DNA from: Lingula anatina
Lineage: Eukaryota > Animalia > Brachiopoda
Length of the DNA stretch: 64,000 nt
Assembly (NCBI GenBank): GCA_051362555.1
Contig: CM120646.1
Span: forward strand, 19,344,001 to 19,408,000
Direction of reading: 5' to 3'
Shown here one piece after another: positions 13,922 through 28,903 of the stretch; within the stretch, counting starts at the first letter, position 1; every line of letters starts with the position of its first letter. Under the pieces are notes generated by a model, which made no database searches, was not told where the DNA came from, and saw only the letters and a list, made by a program, of their open reading frames with translations. Both the position numbers and the translations under genes were made by a program.

Positions 13922-15077
13922 TTACAGGAAGTCCAGGTACCCATTGCAGATGGCCATTCGCCCCTTCTTTGTTTTCTTGCATTCACAAAATGCGTGTTTT
14001 TGACAGCAGAGGCCCGTCCTGTTGCCGTAGAAGATAACGGTAATCACGCAATCTTTCGCCCGTTTCTTGAAAATGTCTGGCACTCCATTTGGTAAGGTTG
14101 GTGGTTTAATATTCGTGACCCCCAAAACCTCAACTCCGTTCCCATCAGTCGTTGTTTGACCAGGGTCGGCCGTTGCGGTTTCTGGGCCTAATATCCTCTC
14201 TGCCGCAATGCCGCATATTCTTTGGACATTCTTCAAGCACTCGCAGTCGTCGGTTTTAAGGCAGCAGAAACCGTCTCCGGCCCACATTTTGTCACAGTGT
14301 TGAACGACTTCGATCTTCTTGTCTTGGCCGATGCGACATCTAGGGAAAGGTCTGTCAGACGGGAAGGCAAAAAGGTCCGGCGAGGTGCAGATGCAATTTC
14401 CCACTTCTCTGAATATAAAATAAATCGTAATTCGAGCACTTTTGCAGTATTTCCCAAAGTTAATCAAAATAAAGCTATGTGCTGACTTTGATTTATGTAT
14501 CTGCTATTCAAATAAATTAGTTTATTTGGAAATTTTCTACTTAGTTCTTTTACTTTTTTTACATTTAACTTTAAAGTCAAAGTATGCCAAAGTATTTGAA
14601 TAACTTAGACATTGTTCAAAGTCACTACCCAAATAATTTAGAAAACATTATGGAAATTAAGGAGTTACATGGTTGGGGAAATACTGCAAAAGTGCCGCAT
14701 TTTATTCCGTTGCACCAAAACACTTACATAGCGCGTTGAAAATTAAAAGTCTCTGTCTTTAAAAACAGATTAGGCCTATATTCTAAAAACTAAAAGAAAA
14801 ATATTGCGTTTAATGCAATAATTAGGGGACTAAGGCCTATCATAAAAAAAGTGGCCACCAAAAAAAAAAAAAAAAAATTAAAAATAAAAATTAAGAAAAA
14901 ACACGGTAGGCTACTTTTCACCTAGAAACTGCAATTTATTCATGTGACTTCGATTGACGTTTGTCTCTGCTCTTCCAATAAATTTGAGTATCTGAGACTT
15001 TGCTCCAAATCGCCTCATGGGGGCCTGTTTTAATTTAGAAAAAAAAACATAAAAATCAAAGTCTAAAAGGTGTGTGT

Positions 15078-15108
<31 letters not shown>

Positions 15109-15400
15109 GGATGGGGGGTACCTGCAAACAACCTGTAAACATTTCCAAGTACACAGGCCTATTTCTCGTGTATATTTAAAACGTATTGTAAGTGATATTA
15201 AAAAAAAAATGAAATAGAAAACGAAAAAAAAACAAAAAAAACATCACACTTTACCTGCAGCACAGAGGCATCTTTCGAGGAGGTCTGTAGGTCTTGTCCA
15301 TATGGAACTCCCACTTGCATTCGTGCCTGTTGAACAGTCTGGCGTCCACTCCGAACCAGAGACAGAGAAGAACAGTCACAGCAACGATACCGTTCCTCAT
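13922..15400 (-). CDS. Secreted cysteine-rich protein, paralogue C (210 aa; 18 Cys in the mature part)
   Basis: Exon 15400-15255 (146 nt; MRNGIVAVTVLLCLWFGVDA-RLFNRHECKWEFHMDKTYRPPRKMPLCC) plus exon 14408-13922 (REVGNCICTSPDLFAFP...MAICNGYLDFL*). It is very similar to paralogue B. Confidence 0.9.
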
Positions 15401-16174
15401 TATTGCTTACGAGATTTGCAACAGATTTGCAGTGAATTTTCCTAAAAATTACAAAACGGGTTATGAAATATTCGCCTGGTATCAAAATAATTACTTTTTG
15501 CAAGGTATCCTTAATTTAATAGGTTTCTTCCAATCAGTTTTGAAGTAGGCGGGGATACGGATAGGCCTATACAAGTTGATTTTATCGTGTGGGTGTAGCC
15601 GTCTAGCCTGTATAAATCTTTTACAGTAAAACCGCAAGATACTGGTGTTTGTGGTAAAAAGGCATGCAAACAACGGAATTCACACCTACCGCAGGTTTTT
15701 CAAGTCTTGTTAAACCTTTCCATAAACCAGTCACCTTTCACATACTCTTATTTGCATATCTATCACAATTAGTCCCGTTTTCCCAAACATTCGTATGCAT
15801 ACATATTTGTAGAAAACGGCAGTTGAAATGTATATAAATGACTACAAGTAGCCTACGCCATTTAGCAGAACACCCCCTCATTAAATTATATTTTTGTCAA
15901 TTACTTAGATTATTTTTATTAATGAAGATTATTTTATTTTATTTTATTTTTTTTTGGGGGGGGGGAGGGGAAGAAGGTTGGAAACTTGGCTATTTCTAAT
16001 GGTGTTTTTAATACTTTTAACACCAGATGCTAACACCTCCTTTCTTTGACTAAAATTTATATCAAAACCCCATCTGCATGTAGATAAACGTAGATTTTAA
16101 AGCATCTAAAGAATTTAAATTAAAATTATCAACAATCCTTGTCATTAGCTGCCTGGCTTGATCTCCCATTCCGA

Positions 16175-16439
16175 GTGGCGGATTTAGGGGGGTGTCAGGG
16201 GGGTCCTGATCCCCCCCCCCCCTCCCCTTCGATTTCTAAAAAACTCACACTTACTCTTGAAATTAGAATTTTGACTAGCTGATTCAGAGTTGTAAACCGT
16301 ATCAAATTGGACAAATCGCCCTCCAAAATACCAAAAAAATCGGATCTTTCCCCGGGCCCCAAACCCCACTCCAAGGGGTGTGTGAGGGTCGGCTTCGCAT
16401 CCGCAGACCCCCCTTCAAATAATCCTGGAGCTGTCCCTG
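16175..16439. mobile_element. hAT-like MITE (copy 1)
   Basis: Flanked by an 8-bp direct repeat CATTCCGA (16167-16174 and 16440-16447). The ends GTGGCGGATTTAGG...CCTGGAGCTGTCCCTG are imperfectly inverted. A related copy lies at 54452-54676. Confidence 0.7.
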
Positions 16440-19400
16440 CATTCCGATGTGTTTTTACAGCTAACCACTTTTGATACGGTAAACTATCCATATAACATTT
16501 ATCACTTACAGTAATATTGACAATATGCAAACGCAAGGCTTTCTTTTCAATCAGCCATTTAGAAAAAAAAAACTGTTGGGTTGACGTACCTATTTACTTG
16601 CTTCCGCAGGCGACAACAGAATCCGAAATCAGAATTGTGGTCAATGAAATAAAAATTCTGGGTTCTATGGGTTTCTATCTCTTCGTTTACCGTTTTGTCT
16701 CCTCTATCCTTAAATAATGCGAGTTTGTGATTCTTTAATTCTTGTGATGACGTGTTTGTTCGAATTGCTTCTTCAAGCCGTTAAGTCAAATTTACACAAA
16801 ACAAATTGGTGAAACCTTATTTCAAATTAATACTGGGGCATTTTTAGCAATATGAAAAACGGTCATTGACTGCTGTTTTTATACACATAATTTATAATTA
16901 CTTTGTGCTTTGAAACGTTTTGACTTGCTAGTCTTGCGATTCTTCTATGCGAACCTTGTTCGTCCGGTAGCACACTGGATACAGTATAATGTAAACGGGC
17001 CTTTACGTGACAGTGTCATGGTTGCAGGTAATTTACGCTGATTGATGCCTCATTGTTATGTACACTGTGAGTTATTCACTCCCCTTTAACATTTATTCCA
17101 TGTAGCGCCCTCAACGGTTTCTTATTATGATGTTACAGTGGGTACAAAATTCATGTATTACGGTGACCGCCATGTCTATTTTAATAGAAATTAAATTTTC
17201 TTAGGCAAATCAGAGTCCACACTACAAAATACAAGATACCAGGCATGTAAGCCTATAAAAACGAAAACCTAACTGAATTTGAGATGACGTGCAGGAAAAA
17301 CAAACGGACAACTGATAGTCACTAAAAATAAAATGCTTGAGAAATACGGGATATTTCACAGATAATCGAGCATCTTTAAAGAGCATTTACGATCCTCGTC
17401 AGTGCAGATCTGATCCACAATAAGAAGACAAAAAAAATGTATTCTGCAAGGTTGAATCCGGAGGTTTGTGATTATGTCACATAATAAAATGGGTGGCCCA
17501 AAACATTGTTTTAGTTAACGGACAAAATGTCAAAAAATTGCCTATCACTTCTTCATTCCAACGCCCTCTCCATTATTTTATATTTTTTAATGGCACTTTA
17601 ATGCGCCCATAAAATATTATATGTCACAGCAGAAGGGCACAATGGAGTGGGGCCTCCCACAATACTTAGTGGATTATTTCCGGATTATGTAAATAGAAAA
17701 AAGGCACGACAATACTCATACTGCAGCCTGTATCCATAATTTAAAGTGAAATTCATGTGGTTATTAGTCATACAGAGTGAAAAATTGTTGACCAGCATTT
17801 TTATAATGCACTGTAAAAATAAATAGGTTAACAATAGACTGCTTTGAACCAATATCTCATTCTCTCTGTCTCTTATTTCTTTAACCTTTTCTTGCAGAAC
17901 TTCTGAGACAAGGTGTTGTGGTTTGTGAAAAGGAAATGTTGAATGTGACTCCATTGTGTACTGGTAAATATACTTTTTGGTGGATAATAAGATGATAGCA
18001 TATTTTAGCACAAATGTACATAATAACGTCTTTTATTGTTTTTTAATGATGCCACCAAATTCTAGCAAAGAATCAAGAAGATGACAAGGTATGAAAAGTC
18101 TGAACAATGGATATTTGTTCAATTCCTTGCAATTACAAAAATTTTCATTTTTTTTAAATTCTATTTTTATCTTTTTATTTTATTAGTTTTTGTAAAAATA
18201 AGAAAAAAAAACTAAATATGTTAACTTCTATAAATATCAGATGTGTTTATTACAACTGAATGAGTACATAGTGATACTATTGGAGAAATTTGTATTTAAG
18301 TGGTATGGTTTATGAAACTCAGATGAATATTTTAAGTAAAGACTTTCAGCTCAACAAGCAGGCATTAACATACATGTGTAGGGTTTTTTTTTTTACTTCT
18401 CTGTTTTCAAAAACGGTAGATATACGGGGAAATTATATTTGAAGTTGTTAAGGTTGAAAACTGATGCAATAATGTGAGATTGGAGTGGTGCAAACTCACA
18501 CTGCCTGCACATGTACAGTGTGCACATGTACAGTGTGATCCATGACACACTGAAGAAGTGTAACTGTTCAGTACACACAAATTCAATTACAAACATGACT
18601 TAAATGCACTACACATTAAATGCCTTGAAAAGTCTTAAAATTACACCCATGGTGAATATACAACTCTAGTTTAACCTTAACCAATACCATGCTTAATATA
18701 TTGTACATCTGTACAAATTATGCAGATGATCACACTCAGTGAGAGAAGCAGCAATGTTTGTTGTATAATGCCCCCACTCCACACAAGTGTCATATAAACT
18801 TACCCTAAAGACAAATGACAAGTGTATTTTCCAGATGAAAATGTATCTCACTGATATTCCTCAATAGTCAATGATTGTAAAGGGAATGGTGATTATGATA
18901 TGAAGTTATGTACATGAGGAAGGCTATCATAATTTTACCCTTTAAGCAAGAAACCCTTACGACTATGTTACTTCGTAAAATGTGATTGCAAACAACTCTG
19001 AGGTGGAAGTTAAATGACACAGCCACATCAACTGGTATATAATTCATTCCCAAAAGACATGACTGACAGGCTTCATTACTACAGGTAGGAATGAAGCAAA
19101 TTAGGAATCTTACAAGAAAAAGTGGCTCCCATCGTGCATTGTCCCTGAATTGGGCATCATCATTATTATATGCAATAGGAGAACTATTTACATGTGTGTA
19201 TACATAAATAATCATGTCATGGAAGTACAGTTATTGCACTTGCATTTAATGCTGTACAATGGCTACAAACCTCTCCAGTATTTACCATCACAACTATCGG
19301 TATTATATGTGTAAAGGGTGATGGATAGAGAGATGTTATTGTGCTCGTGACAAAGATGTCAGTGTAAAAGTAAAATCAGCTCACCTTCTGTTCAACAATA

Positions 19401-20077
19401 TTAATAATAACACAGCACTGATTGTAAGGTATATACTTAAGATTTGGGGAAAAATGTTTTGGTATTGATTGTTCCCTCAATGATTAGCAAATTTAGATGA
19501 TTGTCTTATCCCTTTTCAACACAATTGTTGTATGGTTTAACAAAAATAAAAGCAGAAAAAATATCAATTAAAATTAACTGAGCAAATTATTATTTCAAAA
19601 GTGATAAAGTTTCACTAAAGCTGGCCAGTCTTAGCTGGCATGAGGCCACAAAAAGACATATGACGTTGGTGTACAGCAATTTTTCACTTAAAAACTGTAA
19701 ACTTATTGCACTGTTATTTGGCATGTTTGCCAAATGGGGTTTTGTTCGACTTGCTGAGATTGTGACACTAGCTGTTGACTTTAGTCAATCAACTTTTCCC
19801 TCAATCTTTTCCAAATAAAACTGTCTTTTACCCTTCCTTGACCTTGCTGAGACGTTACTTTGGTCTCACCACAAAGTTTGGCTCTCACCATTAATTTCAC
19901 ATATTTTTACTCCACTGAACAGAGCAGATCTGTATGTTTCAGTTGCAGTGGAAACACACTAATATATCAAAATTTATTTTGAATTTTCATACAAAAATAA
20001 ATCCACTTCTAGTTTTAAGGGCGATTTCTGGCTTTCTGTCCCATTTTTTGTCTTCATGTCATCAGCAAAAATGCCCC

Positions 20078-20183
20078 TCAGTAGTTGGCCCATGGTGCAT
20101 TGACTTTGTACTCCCTCTGAAAATAATCATAATGTTACAATCAGTCTAAGCATTTTCAGACTTCTGGACATAAAAATAGTGAA

Positions 20184-20218
<35 letters not shown>

Positions 20219-22144
20219 TGAGTGACAAAGATAGAGTATTGGACCTTTTATGATTCAAAATATGTATTTTGGTATCTTAATTGTCAGCTAACCTAAACAA
20301 ATTTATGAACCCTCAAGCCTCAAGGCTTAATCGCCCCCTGCATGGTGCCACAGTCTTTTTTTTTTTTTTTTTTTTTGACAGAGTATTTTTACACTTACTC
20401 TTATTCAACATATGTATACCAATGGAATGCCTTTAAAATATACCTCATTCTTGATATGCTGTCACACTGTAATTCACTGGAGAGTACATGGACACTTTAC
20501 CACTACGTTTTGTGACAGTACACAGGACTTTCCCATCTATATAACACCAGCACATATACTTACTCTCTGTTTCTTTGGAGGATTAAATTCAAAGAGGTTA
20601 GTGTGGTTGCTGCCTAGTGTACTCCTGGCGTACACACCCTTGGCTCCTGCATGGTCTGTGTCAGTGGTGGTGCCGCTTACAGTGTTCACCACTTTGTGAT
20701 AGTCATTGTGCTAAGAGAGGGGAAAAAAACAGAGTTAATTGTGTTAGGTGAGATGTGATTGTGTCTGGATGTGCTGCATGCAAATTTCAAACAGATTGCT
20801 GAATGGTTGATAAAATGATGATAACAAAAACAAAACAACACTGCTTTAAAATTGAGATGATGCATGGAATTATTGGCAGCAATGATATAATCTATGTACT
20901 CTACATTTATTTGTTTAATCTAACCATTCACTCATTTTAAGCTTTATATATACACATCACGTATACAACACTGATATTGGTGTTGATAATACAAAAACAT
21001 ATTACAATATTCTTACATCTCTCCTGGGAGAGTTGAGTATATTGTCAAGGTTTGCTTTCCTGGCATCAGGTGCTGCAGGGGCACCTGCTCCTGGCCGCCC
21101 CCAGAATGAGTTGTATGCCTCTTGATGCTGGAAGGAAAAGAGACAATTTTAAACAGGACGTTTAAGTACTGACAATTCTTTGTAAATGAAAAATTCAATC
21201 TTTGCAATTATTCCCTGGTAAATCCAAGATTGTGTTAAGGGAGAAGCACAAGGATTCATTTATTTATTTATTTGCCTTGTTTCATTTACCAAATTTAAAA
21301 CAGTAGGCAGGGTCTGAGGATCACATAGCTAAAGTGAAGCCATTCAAGTAACTGGTAACTGAGACACTTTGTATCTTATAAACTCACCTTTTGTCCCTGT
21401 TGTATATCTCTTAGTTTCTCTAGCTCTTTTATTCTCTGTCTCTCTTCTGCTAACCTCTGCAGATCACTGTGATACTTGTGGCTGTCATTTGTAAGCTGGC
21501 GGCGTTCATCTACTGCCTGTAAAAATTTATATATATATATATATTGTAGCACTTTTTCATTATTTGCAGACAAGGACTCGTGTTTCTAGGCAGACCATAG
21601 CAACTAGAATGTTGCTGAATATGTAACAAGTGGACCTCCTGCAATCTATTTACCAGAGGCTCATCAGGGGTATATTTATGGTAAAAAAGAGCCAATCACA
21701 AGCACTAAAATTGCATCCCAGTCTTAACAGCTGAAACAGGTTTCTTTTTTTGGATGATATCATCATAAAATCAGTTCAATGGAGCTCTCTTTGAACTGAA
21801 ACCCGGGGCACTGTGCCCTACCAGCTACATCTTACAAACAATATTATATACAGGTTTAGGGTATATTACATTAAATACCTGTGAGGGCAATTTTGCATCA
21901 GGTCTTATTATTACCACTTTATGTAAGCTCCATACACAGACATAAATCAATCATGCAGTTATGGTTTTCCACTTCTGTGGGCATGTCATTTACATGTACA
22001 TAAATTCAGTAGAGACAGTCAACTGAGATGCATATCAAGTTATAGAAAAATAAGTGTGCCCTATGCAGGACATATACTGACTCCTAGTGTTTTGTTGCTA
22101 AACATCTGATTTTTGATAACTTTTTCCAGCCTCCCAACAACAAC

Positions 22145-22195
<51 letters not shown>

Positions 22196-25100
22196 AAAAC
22201 TAAGATGGTGATGAAAACAAAAATGAAAAAAATATTGAAAAATTCTGCATGGTTTGTATTGGATATATGTAAGCTATAACACCCTGCCCATATTGAAAGG
22301 GGATGTGAATTACACTGTAGGCCTACTGTACTGATGAAAATACAAACAGGACAATCTCAACAACTAAGGCTGTTCATATCAACCCACTCTAACCTGTTAG
22401 CCCTATATGCAGCACTTACAGGCAATATTTGAGGCCACTTACCATTCTAGTAACATCGGAAACATTCAGACTCTGGTTGGTCAGTAAGCCAGTTTCTGGA
22501 TCTCTACGAGGTTTGCCTGTTTGGCCTTTATTCATGATGGTGGCCAAATCACTTGCCTGAGAAAATAATGAGAAAAGATCAAAATACTCATCAAAATAGT
22601 CAAAATACTCATTACTTTTGGATGTCTTTCTGTGGCTTCACAATGCCAAAAAGTCAGTGAGTCAGTGCCTTAAGTTGGTTCAAAATGCTAGCAAAATAAA
22701 TAAATAAATAAATAAATAAAACTACACATAATTGTCATTAGATATTTGGAAGAGTAAACTTTCAGTGGGATTATTTCAAACTATCATCATTGCAAATAGT
22801 GATAACTTTCTATTTATTAGTTCAAATTTAATAAAAGTACTTACTGGCTGCTTAAAGGAATCATTCATTTCCTTTTTGTTCTGCTGCTGTTCCACCATTT
22901 CACGTTCTGTAAAAGAAAATGGAAATGAATATTCTGATCACTCACAGTTACTGTTATAAAACCTGTGTCATCAAAGGAATGGGTACATGCAGCAGCTGAT
23001 GCATTTTTTTTAAAGACACCAGTGGTTTCTGCTATTTAAAAGATGAGTGAACATTTTCATATTAAATGTCTGTTTTTTTTTTGTTTGTTTGTTTGTTTGT
23101 TTTTTTTTATCAATTAGGATGAGACTAACTTACGTAGCTCTTGCAGAAGAGCAGGGGCGGCTTTCTTTCTTCTTTCGTCACCTGAATCAACCTGGAATTA
23201 TACACAAGTACATTAATTCTCATATAATAAAATGTCATAGGAAAGGATAATAATAATATTAATAATAATAATAACTACAAACTAAATCAATGAGGAATTC
23301 AATGAATAAAAAAAAACATACATTGATAATTTATTTCCAAAATTAAAGGAAGGAAACATACTTCAAAAGATAAAGACACAATTATTTCAAATGTTATCAT
23401 AACAAATACTTGATTTTGCTCAAATTTCCTACCTCTCTCCTCCTGTTTGTCACTATATTGCCACGGTTATCTCTAATGGGTGCTCCGGCCCCCTCACGCC
23501 CCCACCACTTGTCGTACCCAGCATCATCTCCAGTCTTTGTCTCCATAGGATGCATTGGGTGGTCCATCTGGAACCGATTCTCTGAAGAAAGCAGAAAATT
23601 TAATAGTTAAAATTAAACATGGTTATGATTTGATTGTGTGTGTGTGTGTGTGTACGTGCATGTCCTGTTTTATTTTAATCTATTTTGGCAGCTGTTTCTG
23701 AACTTGTACATTTTAAGGAGGAACTTAACTGTTTCACAGTGACTTGAGCTTTAAACTGCAGCATTTTTAATGCAGAGTGCTTAAAAAATAAAGCAGATCT
23801 CAACTAAATACATGGGTAAATATATTCACTGTAGTGGACTTGCAATACAAAGTTTACCTCAAAGCACTCACCTCCAAATGCATCTTTATCCATCGTAATT
23901 TTCATCTTGGTCACTGCATGTCCATCCTTTGCCCTGACAGGAGCGCCTCCTCCACTGGCAAATTTCCCAACTTCCAACGAGACACCTTCATTACTCCCCT
24001 TGTCAAAACTTATCACGCCCATGTCTTTGTCTGAGTTTTTGTGTCGGGCAACATTCCCGTACTGGTCTCTAATGGGTTGCCCTGTCCCTTTGCCAAACGG
24101 GTCATAGAAATCGAAGTTGTTTTCACTTTTACTTCCTCCCCTGTCTGAATAAGAAATAAAAGTAAAAGTTACATTCATTTCTACTCCTTTTTTAAAACAA
24201 ATATCATAGACTATTATATTAGTATAAATTTATATATTTTCAGATTTCAAGGAAAAATGGTTTTGTTTTGATAAATTGTTTCATCCATAACTTAGTCTAT
24301 TCCAAATGTAAGTATTATTCAGAAATCACACATAGGGCTTAAAACATCACAAATTCAACAGCATCACAACATGTACAGTATGTCAAGCTCATCATCAAGA
24401 ACACAAGCGTTGTTATGATCCTAGAAGCATCACATTCAAGTGTTACAGACAGGTAAATTAAATTATTGCCTTATACAAAGCGCATATGTTATTACTTAGG
24501 TTAGGAAATCCCTGTGCTCTGCGAAGATCAGGATCTGTGGCCATTCTACGCTCTACTCTCTGCAACTCAGTGCTATTATTGGTTAGGGTGATGGGGCGTC
24601 TAAGCATGTATCTAGAGCCTAGAGGAGAGAGTAAGGAAGCAAGGTTGGATCTAAGGCTACTATCAAAGCAGGAAAAATTGTTAATATTATTTGCTGCAGT
24701 AACTGTGGTGTTAACTATCATCTTGTTACGTATTTCCAAAAACAGCTTTAAACCTTTGTAATAAAGTAACGTGTTTGGGCTCATTTTGAAATAAACCAAA
24801 AGATTCCAAAAATCACAATTTTATGGGAAATGTTTTAATTTTTTTCAGAATGCCATTGGTAATTATATAATTTTCCTGTTAGTTTTTGGGTCAGTTCTCC
24901 TGCAACTATATATAATGTCCAGTTCCCCTCACCCTCTAACAGGGACCATGATCACCATGAATGTCTAACTGATAATGAAACACCACAGATACTGCAGCCA
25001 CAAAAAGATCAAAAGGCACTTTGTACGTATATTGATTGGTAATACGCCACATTTCTGTAACTATGGCTACTTTCAGCACATACACAATATACATTTAGCA

Positions 25101-27771
25101 CAGAATACAAAATATTTATTTAGATGCTACTAGCTGGTGCTAACACCTACTAGCAGAGACTAAAACTTGTAATTATATCCCCAAAGCAGTATGTTATGTC
25201 AAAGCAACACAAAAGCAGCACACATTTCCATGGAAGCTTATTTTCCATTTGTCTGTATGATTTCTGAGATATATTGTGGACTGCCAATATGGCAGCACAA
25301 GTTTTAGAGGTCACCGGAACCTTGCTTATCTATCACCATCATGCTTCTGCCATTTCCAGCAACTTCTGAAACTTAGGATGCACATATGGTGGTAGAGTTG
25401 TGCAGCATCGACACAATTTAAGTAATAATGTATCAAAAGCCATGTTGCTTTCAAGTGACACATGAGGTGATTGTACTCCAGTGACTACAGGCATCTATTG
25501 TGAAATTAATAAGTGCTCTGTAAAAGCTTTTTAACTACAAAATAATGGATTTTGCTAGATGGATGCTGCAGTTGCATTCTTCTATTTTTGAACAGTGTGC
25601 TCTTCAAAATTTATGAAGTTCAACGCAGTTATTGGATAAGTGGGCACTGGGAATTCAGTTGTATCTGTTTCACCACATTAAAAAAGTCTACAGTATGCAC
25701 CATTGTTTAGGACCATGGTAAGCAGCTCAGGAAAGCTGCCATAAAGCAGTGGAAAAAGACCACACCTCAAACAACAACACAAACCCTACTTCACACCACA
25801 TCTATATGAAACAAGTAACAAAAAAGTAGATTTGAGCCTGGTGTACCAAGGACAGAAATTCAACAGGGATTATTGATCGAGGTGTCACCAGAATAAGTAA
25901 GGTCTCACTCAGTACAGGTGAAATAGTTCAATTTTTTTTCTCAAAAAATAAATTGAAGAATTTGTGAAATTCAAAGGTTAACTATGAAAAATACAAGTGA
26001 TTTTGTAAATGAAAATGAGATTCTAGAACAAAATTTTATTAAAAAATAAATAAAAACAAAAGTGGCAAAAATAAATTGAAAAAAATCAAAAAAAGTTCCA
26101 TCTCAGCAATTTAACAGAGGGACTAGAGTTATTTTTAAAAAAAGTGTTACAGTGGGGTTAAGTAATTTCACACAGACTGGGCCTGGAGGCCTTAGCCAAG
26201 GTTTGCAGGGGAATCACCCAATAGTTTGTTACTTGTTACCTGTCTTAGACTTAAGAGGGGCACCTGCACCAGGCTTTCCAAATGGATCAAATGTTAGCTG
26301 GAAAGGAAAAAAAACAATACATTATATTTAAATGAAGTTGATAAACGACACCCTGTGTCACTAGGGACTATCCATCACTATAGCAGTATACCTCTGGCAG
26401 GTAGTCTTGATGACAGTAGAGGGGAGTTCCCTTAGCAAAATATCAGGCCTGCTGCAAATTAGCAGCAAATATGCTGCAATATTGCTGCAGACTGCAATTC
26501 TTTCATGCACATTTGCTGCAATATGGCTGCAAGTCAGCAGCAAAAAAACTTTCTTTTTTGTGAACTCATACAAACTCCTTGCTGCAAACTTTTCATTTTG
26601 CTTAGGGTTACCAGTAAATTTTCTAACTGAGAGTGGTATTTCAACAGATTATGAGAAATACTGGTACAAGAGGTGCTGTATCATATAAACACTACTTTTT
26701 TATAATTTCCACTTTTTCTATAAACCTTTATTTTGATATTACTCATCTTTGTCCCCTTGATGATAAATTAACTATGAATCACAAATCTATAAAATCTCTT
26801 TGACAATTTTCAATACACTTTCAAATTTTTGCGTATTTCATCAGGATAGTATTTACTAAAACTTATATTTATTAGTGTATATATTTTAATTTTTCTTACA
26901 TACCATGTCCATCTCCTCCTTCAGCTCCTGAGACCTGGATTTTTGCTGGTTTACAAGTTTTTCATATGTTTGTTGATCTGAAATCAAGAAATAGTATAAA
27001 TAAATATTTTTTCACAAACTCACCATTGATTCATGTCTTATATCACAAAGTCCTTCATTAGTGTCAGAAAGTTATTCTTAAGTTCAACTTGTTCATTCAG
27101 GGATGGGACTTTTTGGCTCTCAAAAATCTGGCAACTGCCGACAATCATAGAAATCTCATGTTGTAGGCAGCAACAACACCAAAAAAGTAGAAAATCCACA
27201 GATAACTGGAAAAATTTCACCTCTGTAATAGCTTTATTATATTTTCTTCATTTAATCACATTAATAAGTAATGCAATAAGTCCTATACATCAGAAAATCT
27301 ACCTAGTTTGTTTACTTGCAGGTGTGTTATTCATCATATCTGGTCAATAGTTATTGATTTTAAGTAATAAGTACAACAGGATCGAACTAAGCAAAACATA
27401 ACACAGTTAATGTAATCATTAAAAAATCCTATACAAGTTAACAAAATTATAAAATAACATTGTCAGTTTCAGTTTGTTTACAGGTAACCATGGGTATTAC
27501 CATGCTGTCTGTGACATCATCAGTCACTGTTCTTTGTTACGTAATAATGTACTGACTGTTCCATCATTACAACAATGCTTACATCTACTAGACTCATAGA
27601 AGAGATGGACTACATTGGGTGGTTACATAGAATCTAAGTTGATATTTTATGACAGTTTGACCATTTTTTCCCATTGAATTGTATGGTTTGTATAGTGACA
27701 TCTTTGTATAGGTAATATGAAATTTGAGGTGCATATGTAACCTTAATCAAGGACAATAAATACAAAAATAA

Positions 27772-27802
<31 letters not shown>

Positions 27803-28108
27803 AAATTTATGGTAAATGTTTCATTTGTTATCAAATAAATTAACATCATTAACTAACAAAAATATAAATAAATTCCATACTAATAACCACTGACCTAGAG
27901 CTCTGTGTAAGTCACTGGCCTTGTCTCTCCCAGCTGCATAACGAAACGGCTCAATCATGGGTTCCGTCCTCCGCGCATCTGACTGGAACCTGATCAGTTT
28001 GTCCTTGGGGATCTCCGTCACAATCTGGCCCGAGGTGGTTCTTATTGGAGCCCCTCCTCCCTGAGTGCCAAATGTTGGATAGTACTGAGGAAGGAGGAAA
28101 AATAAAGA

Positions 28109-28170
<62 letters not shown>

Positions 28171-28855
28171 AGAAAGAGTAAAGAATTTACCATTCCATAG
28201 AGATTAGCAAAACAAAAAAAAAAAAAAAAACTAAATTTAATTCACAACACCAGCAGACTACTTGCCATACTCAATCAAACCAGGGAATTATATGGTAGTC
28301 TACGATATAATTCCCTGATCAAACCAAGGTACCTGACTTAAATTAACACAATAAATATAGCTTTCCAAGTATAAAATGATTGTAAACTTTTAAGACCATA
28401 AGTACATGCACCCGTTACCACACATATTTACTATAACAGCACCTACCTGTATCAGTGTATAACTAATTTTAATTAAAATTTCTGAAGTTAACAGAAATGA
28501 AATCTGGTCTCTTCAGAAAAGAACAGTGACACCATGAACATGCCACACTATAGTCTGTGTGAATGCCCTGTATGTCAAATGTACAAGATATACTAGTCCA
28601 TTTAAATATCTACATTGCATAAGTGTGATCTGTTTAGAACAACAAAACCATAACAACAGGGGCATATTGAGCAACAGCATAAATCATTAGTGTAGTCTTG
28701 GTTTCTTAATTCATCATCTTATAATTAGTGTATGTAGTGTCTCCTCAATGGACAGGTGTCATAAAGTCATTCTTCTGCTTAGCCCTATACATAGTTACCT
28801 TCCTCACATGGCTTGTAACAGGTACATGAATTAGGACTTGTATCAATACAATACC

Positions 28856-28903
<48 letters not shown>

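Noticed and set aside
17400-20070. Short ORFs (17685-18011, 18868-19215 and others)
   Set aside because: No recognisable motifs or exon structure. The region is probably the long 3' UTR or intergenic DNA downstream of the minus-strand gene.
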